Program-made: the position numbers and the translations under genes | Notes under the pieces: generated by a model | Told to the model about the DNA's origin: nothing | Seen by the model: only the letters and a program-made list of their open reading frames with translations | The model's database searches: none | Assembly: GCA_958009085.1 (NCBI GenBank) | Contig: OY253684.1 | Location: 372,001 to 436,000 of the forward strand | Source of the DNA: Protoeuglena noctilucae | Taxonomy: Eukaryota | Length of the DNA stretch: 64,000 nucleotides | Direction: 5' to 3' | Shown here: positions 17,101 through 28,014 of the stretch, piece by piece | Layout: each line of letters opens with the position of its first letter | Position numbering within the stretch: position 1 is the stretch's first letter

Positions 17101-19699
17101 GGACAAGATGGACCCACAGGCGAGTGGGTGTCGTGTTGGTGGTTGATTGGCTGGCTGGGAGTGTCTCATGTCGCTTGCTGTCGGCTCTCATCGCCTTCGT
17201 CTCACCAACCGCGCCAATGTTCACATCCACATCCCCTTTCGCAGTCGGCCGCCAAGGTCATCGAGGCCATCGTCTCACCCAAACACAACCCCAATATTCA
17301 TATTCATATCCATGCCCCCCCTTTGCAGTCGGCTGCCAAGGTCATCGAGGCCATCGCCGAGCGCGCCGTCGACACCCAGGCGTTGAAGCTCAAGCAGGGG
17401 AACGACGTCGACAAGCTGCTGGCGGCCATCGGTGAGAGGAAGAGGGGATGGGCGTGAGTTGTTCATGGGTCCTTTGTCGCCCTTTTTCTCACCATCAGCA
17501 TCGTCCCTCTCATTAACGACCCACCCACACGTCAACCACCCACCCACTCTCTCATCCACAACCCACCCACACTCCCCCGCCCCCTCACCACCCACCCACT
17601 CCCTTCCCCTCACCCCCCCGCAGAGCGCGTGGCCCGCAGCCGCACGCACCTGGAGCTGACCGACCGGCTGCGCACGGTGCAGAACCTGATGATGCACGTG
17701 CACGGCATCGGGTTCACGCTCCGGCAGCTGGTGGACGACTCGGGTGACCCAGAGGACATCGATTTAGAAACCGAGCCAGCACCCATTGACAGCCTCAAGC
17801 TGATGCTGCGGATGGACACCCTCAGCTCCAACGAGCCGCACGTGACGAGCATCGGGGAGGCGGGGGCTGCGGACCTGCTGAGGGAGCTGGACGGGGACAG
17901 GCCGGCGACGGGGGAGGCGCCCGCTGAGACGGAGGAGGAGCGCATTGCGGCGGCGATGGCGGCAGACGTGGGCGGGGACTCGATCCAGATGTCCGAGAGT
18001 GAGAGGGAGCTGGCGAGGAGGAACATGGAGAACCTGGCCGTGTGCCTGGTGAGCTGGGGGTGGTGGTGGCTGATGTTACAACATGCGATGTAGGTGGCAT
18101 GTATGGACGGTGGGTCGACCCACCCCTGCATGCGTCTACCTCCCCACCCTGCACTTCCCTCACTCACCCACCCGCACCCAACTCACCCCATGCACCCCTC
18201 CCCACCCCCCCAGGTCGCCACGCTGCAGCACGAGCAGCCCGTGGTGACGCGCGCCCACATGGCTGCGCCCGTGTTCATCAAACAGGACGCGAAGGAGTTC
18301 GTCTTCGGCACCCTGTCCACCTCCCAAGGCTCCAACACCATGTGCCCGCTCTGCAAGCGCGGATCCGAGACCAACGAGCTGACACCCCAGGCCATCCAGC
18401 ACATGATGCTGCTGGCCAAGGCGATCGGGGAGGGGGTGTCCGCGGTGGCCGAGGCCGAGCGCATCTCGGTCGAGAAGGTGGAGAGGGTGCTCGAGGAGGC
18501 GCACTCGGTGCGCGAGATCCCCATCCCGGGTGAGTCCTGAGTGGGGGCGGTGTGACTGGTGATGTGTGCAGTATTATAAGATTGACGATGCGTGATTGGT
18601 AATATATAATACATGGGTCGGGGAACCATTTGCCGTTCCACAATTGTGTATCCGTTGCCTCTCTCCCCGCAGACGACAGGACCAGCAGGCATTGTTCAAA
18701 TACACTATCACTCAATTGCTTACCTGCATCATCGATATCTATAGTCATCTCTCATTCCCCGCAGACGACAAAGACTAGCAGGCGGTGTTCACATGGATCA
18801 CCACTCCATTGCTAACCACTCTCATCTCTTTCTTTCTCATCACCTGCAGACGACAAGGACCAGCAGGCGGTGTTCAAGGAGACGCTGCAGATCATCGCCC
18901 TCCGCATCACGCAGAAGATGCGCACGTCCGAGGTGCTCAGGAAGCAGCTCGCGGAGATCAAGTCCTACGCCAAGCCACCCAAGCAGGTGAGTTGTACAGG
19001 GTGCAGGAATGCATGTCTCAAGCCTCTTACAAATCGCGGTCTGTCAAGCTCACCCGCTGTCACTATGACATTCCCATCCGTGCCAACCCACTCACCCATT
19101 AACACCACCACCTCTCCCCACCCACCCATGCACTGCATCTCCCCACCCCCACCACCCTTACCTCCCTCGCCCCCCCAGGTCGTGCAAATCATCCTCTGCA
19201 CCTTTCTCCTCCTCGGCTACCCCGGCATCGACCGCTACCTCACCAAGGACCTCACCGTGCCCGTCGACACGCGGGCATTATGGGCCTTCCTCCGCAAGGG
19301 CATTTCGCTGGAGAAGCCCAGCCCCAAGTACCTGCCCCCATGCATGTCGCGGCTGGCCGAGGTGAGGTCGGGGTCAACGCTTGCGTGCTTGCATGCTTTA
19401 GATGGGAGTGATTGGGAAGGTAGTGCCATGCTGGGCTGGATAGGGTGGCGACAGAGCGCACGTTGAGAATCGTCGCGCTCGTCTCGCCGCTCATCACCAA
19501 CATGCCTACCATTCTCTGTCCCGCCCAGATCATCACCAAGATCCCCCTCCCCGACTTCGCCTACCGCTCCTCCATCCGCGCATTGGAGGGAATCTCCCAC
19601 ACGGAGGCCAAGCAGGGGTCCCACGCCACGGCCATGCTCCGCAAGTGGTGCCTGGCCATGATCAACCTCCACCGACTCATCCACGTCGAGAACATCTGA
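14194..19699 (+). CDS. Large multi-exon coiled-coil/helical-repeat protein with a C-terminal dynein-stalk microtubule-binding-like domain
   Basis: About 14 codon-biased exons with clean splice sites. Coiled coils (WKADIEEMQRTIEQLQQ, EYDKKVKEMLAQKEQ), MgtE-N/FliG-like helical repeats (MNELDPKVVAEMISDMEGGVADAIMDKMDPQ), a CPLC motif, and a C-terminus LAEIKSYAKPPKQV...SHATAMLRKWCLAM. Confidence 0.7.
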
Positions 19700-20152
19700 A
19701 AAAGATATATATGGGGTGGAGATGCGGGGTGGACGGGGAGTTGAGGTTTGAGTCCTGCAGAGGGCATGTGGAAACACGCACGGGTTGCTTTAACAGGGGT
19801 GTGGTGACCCGGGTTGGCGCCCTATGTGGTTGTGGTGTTGTCGGTAGGGTTAGGGCATCTGTTCGTGACACGACCTGTCGTGCTGTTTGATCGTCCCTTT
19901 CGTCTTGCGGTCTCTCACAGCAAGGCTCGCTGCTTGTGACTGTAATGCTTGAGCAGGGTGCCGGTGCCCGCTCCTAGCCCCGCCATAGATCGCTCGTGTG
20001 TGGCTCCTGGTGATTTCAAACGCTCTAAATGAAAGAATACATAGATGTAATAGCTAAGCCTTATGTAGGAGGCAACGTCATCGTCTGCCTTGAAACATGA
20101 CACCTTAGACAGAAAAAGTGACAGTCCAAGTGGCGAGCTCAGAGAAACTCTC

Positions 20153-21803
20153 TTAGCCTTTTGCACGCGTACCATTGGGGTTTGCCCGGGCGTGCAACTC
20201 TGGCAGCGGCATGGGCACCCACATGCCCAGCACCCCGTACCCCACCGCCATCATCCCCGCCTCCAACGCCGCCCCGAGCGCCCGCACGGGCCCATACGAC
20301 ACACCCTCTGCAAATTGTCCCTCATGCCTCCCTTCTCCAGACCCCACCCCTGCCTGCGCCCCTGTTGTGGTTGGCAAAGGCACTACAGCCGTGGGGACAC
20401 GCAAGCGGTCGAGGAGGAAGGGAAGCTCCAATTGAACCGCCTCGCCCGCCAGGCGAACGTTCGAGAAGACTGCGGGGGGTGCTCTAGCTGGGAATCGTTC
20501 CGGTGACCCATCCACTGCGCTTAGACGGTGCGCACCGCATCACGCGTGTGTCACTCGCCTGTTGCTGCCGCCGGCCGCGTGAAGAGCCCCGCCACGCACG
20601 GCGCCCCGATCGCCCCGTGCTGCACCCTGCGCCAGAGATCTCGCCAGGACCCCGGCCATTCCAGCGATGTCCCAAGTAATGCGCCTGCGCCTCGCCCCAT
20701 CCCCGGCCCAGCCTCTCTCGGGCTCACCCCTGCCCCGCTCATCCCCGTACCCTCCGCCCCCGTCCCGCCCTGCCCCTGCACCGCGAACGCAACCCCGTAC
20801 ACGTCCGCGTCGCCCCAATCCGCGATGCTCTCGGGGGTGCTCGGGGGCTGCGCCAAGAGGACCCCCTCTTCCTTACGCCCCGCCAGTTGCGGCGCCGTCC
20901 GCGCCAGAACCTGACCCAGGTACTTGTCCAATGCAGAGAACTGGGAACAGAAACAGAAGAATAGGTGATCTATTAGATTGTAGTCACTGAACCGGGCATT
21001 GCATAAGGTCTCCACCCTAAGGGTGGAGACAGGCGCATCACCCTGTGCACTGGCGCCTGTGTGCATGGCGCGTGGGCCACGGCTCGCTCACCATCTCGCG
21101 AGACGTGGCCGCCAGCACCACGTCCCTCGGCCCCGCTGCCACCAGAATCCGCTCCCCTCGCGCCGCCATCACTGCTGCCTTTACCAGGGATCCCAACGAC
21201 GCGTCTCCCGCATCGCACGGCAGCACCCGGACACCGTATGGCTCAAAGGGCGCGCATGTGGCCTGCGCTGCGCTCGCGCGCGTCGCGGAGCTCTGCGAAC
21301 GTCGTCCGGGGTCGGGGGCAGCCACGAGGACCTCGTAGGTGAAGGAGGGGCCCTGGGCGTCGCGCCTGCGTGTGACGGCAAGCGAGCTCTTTTGGGCCAG
21401 TGACGCGCGCGATGGAAACGGACGACGCGCATGGGTCGCGGCTCCTCACCGCTGCCGCAGCGTGCGGACGACCTCCTCGACCGGGAGGCGGTCCTCGGGC
21501 AAATGCGCGTACACGACCAGCACCACGGTCAAGGAGACGACAGCGGGCTCGAATATCATAGCGCGATTGCCCCCCTGCGAGCCGAAATTTGGCTTGGCTT
21601 CAGCGACATGAATTGCGTGCCCGCTGCTGTGCGTGGCGCGCTCTTACCTCGCCATGGTATGCACGTATGGCACGCTGATTGAGTTCGTTAAGGTACGACG
21701 TAATGAGCAGGGCAATGCCCGCGAGATACATGATCGGCTGGGCCAGCCAGCGCAACGCCAGGGCCCTCGCATGGGCGAGCGACAGCTGCAGGCCGGGCCA
21801 CAT
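20153..21803 (-). CDS. ALG5 (dolichyl-phosphate beta-glucosyltransferase)-like GT2 protein lacking catalytic motifs
   Basis: Five exons splice in frame: N-terminal TM (IMYLAGIALLITSYL), IFEPAVVSLTVVLVVY, LRQRRDAQGPSFTYEVLV, VKAAVMAARGERILV, GVAFAV, CVAGLFTRPAAAT|VFSNVRL, ELPFLLDRLRVP, VGYGVLGMW. These blocks are colinear with ALG5. Confidence 0.7.
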
Positions 21804-22059
21804 GCCGTCGCGTGCTCCACGAGCGGACGATTGTGGGGGGCCTTCCTGGACGTGCCACGCTATCTGCGCTGACAAAGCGCCGCTGGCTTGCGGGTTACCC
21901 CCGCCAGATCCTCTTCTCGCCAGCCCAAGGCCTCTGGGCCGCCCCCGACCACTCCAGTCCTTTCGTATACTCTTGCATCGTTCCTCGAGCCGTGTAGAGT
22001 GCCCTTGACACGCCCGACGTCTTGGATATTTCTCGATAAGGTGGTGGGACCGGCGAGCG

Positions 22060-23587
22060 ATGAGCCAGCTGCTGGGCGCCCGCTCGTGGGCTCGATGTGA
22101 CAGCCGCGCCACTCCGTCGCGGCAGGAGCCGCGGCCCAATGGACTCTCGCGGCTCCCCGCGGGCACCCGCGCCCGTCGCTTGGCACGGTGCGTCTTCCCG
22201 CGATGGTGCCGCACTCTGGGGGCCCCGGACCCAGCGCATGGTCTGCAAGTCATCGTCTGCAATCAGATGCCGCGCATAGTCCCGGGATCGTTGCTCCCGC
22301 GGCACCCGGCCCACCCGTGCCGCCACCGTCTCCCCTCGCAGATGGCAGGCGCGTGCCGAAAGCGTGGAGAACGAGGCGGAGCGGGACCTTGAGGCGGAGG
22401 TGGAGGCGTTTATGCGGAAGCAGGCGGAGGCGGAGGGGAGCATCAGCGATGCCCAGAAGCCCGAGCGCGTTTTGGGCGCAGACATCGTCTCTGACTCCGA
22501 CGCTGAGGCCATGTGCAAGGGCATTCTGAGCGTGAGTTTGTGTAGAAGTTGCCCAGTGGCCTGCGACGCCGTTCGCAGGCGTCCCGGCACCGGACAACAC
22601 AGCTAACACGTACGTTGTCCCATCCGTGTGCTTGTGCAGGCCCTGCGCACCCTGATGGACAAGCGGGACATGACGGTAAACGAGGTGAAGCTGATTCTCC
22701 AAATCGAGGATCCCCGCGCCAAGGAGCAGCGACAGATGGGCATTGAGGACAAATCCGGCATCAGCCGCGACGAGATTGCCCTGGCGTTCACGGTGAGGGA
22801 GCCTGAGGTTGAGCCCGCGCCGCTGGGTGACACGAACGGTGTTTGCACATGACTTGGTATTGGTACTCGGTATCAGTGACGGTGACGTGCCACCCGGGCT
22901 GCTTACATCCCATGGAGTGTATTGCGGCCACTTCATGTCGAGCATCTGTCGCTGTGTGCTTGCAGGATGTGGTGGACGGGCGCGTCCCCAAGGACCGCAT
23001 CGCTCTCAAGGTGTTGCACGAGGAGATGGTCAACTGGCCCTTCCTGGAAGTTGAAGGTAGCCTTGCCTAAGGGTGCGTCTTTCGATGGCCCCTTGCATGC
23101 ACCTTGATGCTCCCTACGTCCATGCTCTTGTCACTTGCCAATCGCTGGCTGAAGATTTCTCGACTGCCCATGTTGTGCTCCTGTCTTGCGCCCGACGCAG
23201 GCAAGCCGGCCGCAGATGTGGACGCCACGTCCATCCGAGAGTTCGAGTCTCAGAGGGCCGGGCAGAGCGCAGTGCCAGGGTACAGGTGAGCGAATGGAAT
23301 ACGAACTTGCGTAGTAGTGGTCAGAGCGTAGTCTAGCAACGATGTCACGGTGCCTCCTTCAGTCATGGCGCCCAACCCACCTGTGCTCATGTGCCGCCAT
23401 AGCCCCTGCGTGCAGGGCGGGGCAGGCGCAGCCACCGATCGGCAGCGACCCCAACGAGGAGAAGGAGAGTTTGGCGGACATGCTGCCGGACTGGGTAGGG
23501 TACGGCTTCCTGTACGGTGTCAGCGCAGTGCCTGTCATCATCGCCCTCTCGGCCGTGGCTGTGCTCTTCTACAACTCGCTGCAGTAG
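22060..23587 (+). CDS. Y3IP1: Ycf3-interacting protein 1 (photosystem I assembly factor, CGL59), chloroplast-targeted
   Basis: Arg/Ser-rich transit-like N-terminus, KRDMTVNEVKLILQIEDPR, GIEDKSGISRDEI, GRVPKDRIALKVLHEEMVNWP, and a C-terminal TM ending LFYNSLQ*. Confidence 0.9.
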
Positions 23588-23722
23588 CCGCGCTGCTCTC
23601 GTTTGAACATCCGAGAGAGCAAAAGCAATTACGTGCTAGATGCTACCTGAAAAGTAGTATATTTGGCTGAAAAAGAACTAGAACTAAAGCATCGTTTCAC
23701 GCAAGCGTCGGCTGCAGCGCCG

Positions 23723-24542
23723 TCATCGGTCCAGGGTGGCGTTCTTCCACCGCGAGGCCTCCATTGCGAACTTCATGCTCTCCCCGTACCTGACACCTCG
23801 GTCAGCGGATTTCTGCGGTCAATGAGATGTGTGACCGTTGGACAGGACGCGGGAAGATTCACCTTGGCCCATCATGCAGTGGGTCGGCGCATCGCACACC
23901 ACCACCCCATACGCCCACTTGCCTTGAACTGGCCCAACAGCTCCTGGTTCTTGATGCCCTGGTACCCCCATCCCAGGTCGCTGTGGTGCACCAGGTGCGG
24001 CATGTACTTGGCGGACGACACCCGCGCCTGCACCGACGCCGCGTGGCCCGGGTCCCCGACGCGTCGGTCCATCGCCCCCGTCTCGTGTGCCAGGAGCGCT
24101 TGCGTGGTCGCAGGCGCCTCCACGCGCCCCGTCGTCGTCGCGCTCGCCGGGTCCTGCGTGGTCGATACAGGGTTGGTGAATTGATGGCGTTCTCTTTAAA
24201 CCGGAAACGCAGGAAACCCGTCTCTCTTTAGCATCCGTACCTGCGCGACCCCCGACGTCGTCGCGGCACTCCGGCCCAGGCTGCCCGTCGCACGGGCCTG
24301 CATGCGCATGTGCAGGCCCAGCTGCAGGTCCCGCAGCTCCTGGAGGCTCCGCGTCCGCGACTCGAAGAGCTTCTCAATGGGCTCGCCCGCTGGCGTGTGC
24401 GTGGCGCGCTCCTGTCGCCGCGTTTCGCGGTGCACCCATTGCCGAATGGACTCGGCTGGGGCTTGACTGCGGGGACCAACAGATCGCGCCGCATCATACA
24501 CGTGTGCCACATGGCCATGTAGCGCATATCGTTGCTTCCGCC
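23723..24542 (-). CDS. Hypothetical spliced protein, weakly FAM183/CFAP144-like (5' exons unresolved)
   Basis: Exons IRQWVHRETRRQER...|FTNPV...AKYMPHLVHHSDLGW...GQFK|KSADRGVRYGESMKFAMEASRW...*. The resemblance to small ciliary proteins is from memory only. Confidence 0.35.
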
Positions 24543-25378
24543 TGAGGCGCGCCTGCGCCCACAGCCCGGGCTAGCATGCCTCATCTTGTCGAGGCCCTGT
24601 GCGAGGCGCACCTGTGCACGCCGTGGCCAACCGTAAAGTCTCCCGAGCCCAGACGCTTCGACATGGCTACAACGAGTCTCGGCGCGCGGGTTGGCGCCCC
24701 TAAGAACCCGTGTGGCCTGCGCAGACAACGACGGCCCTGAGCTGCGCGACCAGGCTCCGCGGAAAAAGGCGACCTTGCTGCCTGCAGACAGAACAGTAAC
24801 ATCTGCTTCTCCGACCGTGTGCGCTCCGTCCCTGCCCCACCTGGATGCGAGAGCGCTGCGCATGCAGGTCGTGTGCCTGTGAAGGGAATTGTTTGCCTCA
24901 GCCAGCCGTGAAGCCTCCAACGGCAAGTCACCTGTTGTCTCTTTCTCCTCGGGCACTTTGGCGCGTCCACGGTCGATGCTCAGAACGCGACAAGGCCTTT
25001 CTGCGGCAATAGCCTGCTCACTGGTGCACCTTTTTGCAAGACAGAACTTCAACCTCGTCCAATCTGCCGCGGGATAGGTGGAAACACACATCTTGGGTCA
25101 CATCTTCAACCCTTGAGGGCCTGCGACGCGCCAGCCATGCCGCTGGCACGTTGGATGACACGGTCATGCTTAGCCTCGACCCCAACGCCTGCGGATGGTA
25201 AGACGGCACGCAGGTTCTCCCAGAGAGCACGGGCCGCAGGCGCCCATGTGAGAGCAGTGTGAGAGAGCAACGCATGCATGAGGGACAGCGTCGGCAGTCA
25301 CAGCGCGCCAGCCATGAGACAACGCACATGCAGCGCCCTGCATCCCTGCACCCACCCTCCCTCACCTAGCCCGTGCGG

Positions 25379-27002
25379 TCAGTCAGAGGCGGGCTGGCCT
25401 CCGCTGCGCTTGGCCCGCAGCTCCGTCACGAGACGCATCACGAGCCCCGGCTCCCCGCCCGTGTTGACCAGGTGCGCGCCGCGGTCGGCCATCCGCAGCA
25501 CCACCTCGGGTCGATTACCGCCCGTTGCAGCCGTGTAGATTGGCGTCACGCCCCCGCTGTTCCTCGCCTCCAGGTCTGCCCCTCGCCCTGCAGAGCGTCC
25601 ATGCACGCAGCGTGCTCGATGCAGTGCAAGGGCGTCTCGCCGTCCTCATCGGCTGCCCTGGCGTCCGCCCCTGCCCTCAGCAGCACCTGCACGATCGCCA
25701 CAACCTCCTCCTCCGTCCCAGTGCCACCTACCGCACGGTGCAGGGGCGTGCTGCGCTGCCACCCACGGTAGCGCACGTCCGCACCCAGCTCCACCAACGC
25801 GGAGATGGCATCGACGCGGCTACTTAAGCAGGCCCACTGGAGCGGAGAATCGTTGACCCCATCGCCCTGGACGCACGCCCCGCGCGCCGCCAGCCGCCGC
25901 ACCACCTCCCCGCTGGCTGCCTCGTGCATGGCAGACAGCCCGTCGCTGCCGATGCCAGCCACGCTGGCCCCTACTTCTACCAGGGCCTCCATCAAGGCCA
26001 TGTTGCCTCGACTTGCAGCACAGCGAAGGGCAGCCGAGTTGACCGCACCGGGAGCGTTGACGTCCGCCCCCGCCTCCACCAGCCGCCTCAAGATGTGCAG
26101 CGTTGGATGGCCCTCGCACACCGTAGCCAAGGTCTGATCCCGGCCACCGAGCCCGACCTTGGCCGATGCCCCCGCCACCAGCAGCGCCTCCACCACCGCC
26201 TCGTGACCCCCGTATGCGGCGTGCACAAGGGCCGTCCACCATTCCCGATAGTAGCCGCCCGCCTCCTCCACCTTTGCCCCCTTATCCAGACACAGCTTGA
26301 CGGCCTCCACGCAGCCCCGCTCCGCGCAGTACGACATCAGCGGCCACGCTCGGGGCGGCCGCGAATTGACGTCCCTGCACGCCAAAGCCACCCGCACCAA
26401 ATCCGTCGCCTCCTCGTCCCCCAGCACGTACCTCCACAACACCCTGCCGCCCGCCCCGCTTCCCACCAGCCGCTGCCGTGCCCTCAACGCAAGAACCAGC
26501 GGCGACTGGTCCGGATCCTGGTCATCCCATATCATGTCGTTGATATCCTCCTCTTTCGCCAGCATCAGGGCAGGGCCCAACGCCCCCACGCTCGCCAGGT
26601 GGTGCGCGTGGGACCCGCCCTTAGCGTACACCGCCAGCGGGCCGCAAAAATTGATCTCGTCTTCGCGCCTCCCAGACCCGGAAAGTCCTTTCATTTGCTC
26701 CAGCTCGCCCTCCGTTGACGCCCGGATGCCCCACGTCCACCACACCTCGTCCACGAGATCACGGAGCTCCCTCGACGCCCTCCGCAACAATAATGCGTTG
26801 CTCAGGGGCATAAGCTTAATGACATCGCGCAGGATGTCATTAGGTATGTCAGTACACCCTGCGCACGGTGAGCGGTGGGCAACGCGGGTCAGGGAGCGGC
26901 GGTCACAGACCCCCGACTCCCCACTGACTCAACACAGCTGCACGACGCCTTACCCCGGTTCCTTCGCGTCGTATCGTCGACGTTCTCCAGCGGTTCGTCC
27001 AT
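25379..27002 (-). pseudogene. F-box + ankyrin-repeat protein, copy 1, with an apparent 1-nt frameshift near the 3' end
   Basis: MDEPLE...|GCTDIPNDILRDVIKLMPLSNALLLRRASRELRDLV (F-box), followed by about 8 ankyrin repeats. The last repeat (GADLEARNSGGVTPIYTAA...ADRGA) lies in another frame after about 25585. Confidence 0.6.
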
Positions 27003-28014
27003 TATCGCTCGCTTCCGAGAAAGTCTGCGACGGGCGGCGCCAACCCTAGGACCCTGCCATTTGTCCGCCTCAGCCGCGCGCGAGATCGCCCGCAAGCCGC
27101 CATCGCATTCTCACCTGCCAGATGCCTCACTTCCGCCTCGCGCGTCCCCCCGCAGCCCGCAGCGGGTCCGATTGGTCCTCCAAAATGCAGCCTCTGATGC
27201 TCGACTGCAGCGTCAATTCGGCGTCTACGTCGATGCGCCACAGCCTCAGCAGCATACATCCACGCAAGCGTGCACTGCCGCAGCCATCGCCCGCCTCGCG
27301 ACCGCAACGGCGGCTCAGGCAACGCGCTTGCCCTGCGCCAGTGCCTCCATCTGGTCATCGGCCCTTGCTTGCTTACGCCAACGCTCCCCGTGATGCATCC
27401 CTGTTGCACTTTGCGAGCAGCCTTCAAGCTAAGGTGACCTCCCGAAAGTCCAAGCCATGCGCAGGCCAAATGCAATGCTTCTGCCACACCCCGCTCTCTG
27501 CACGCTACGACAGTACGACTCGCCGCAGGGATGGTACAACCGGTCAAACTGGCCCCAGCCAGCTCGCCCACCCACGCGAGCGTCCCCCGTCCCAGGCCCG
27601 TCATGACGATGGGCGACAACCCTTTGCCCGCCATGTGACGACATCTCTGGGTGCCGATGCGAGGTCCCAGGCGCAGGCGCGCCAGAGTGGTGCCTGCGAG
27701 CGGCAAGGGAGCGCGCGGATGTGCTTTCACCACGTCATGGCCAGCGAGGCAGCGGCACTGTGTCCCCTCAGTCCACGCTCGCGGCATCATGTCGGGGCCA
27801 GCAGACAGCCCCGTCGATGTCCTCGAGAAACGCAGTCAGCTGCGAGCCTCGCGCAGCGTGGCACATAACAGCGGGCATCCCATCGCTTGCCACTGCGCGC
27901 CTGACCTCACCTGCAGCCCGCCCCGTCTCGTGGCACCCGTGGTCAGCCGGGCTAGTTGCTGCCTCCGGCAGACTCGATGCGCAGAGACTCCACGAACTTC
28001 TCCAAGCCGCTTGT

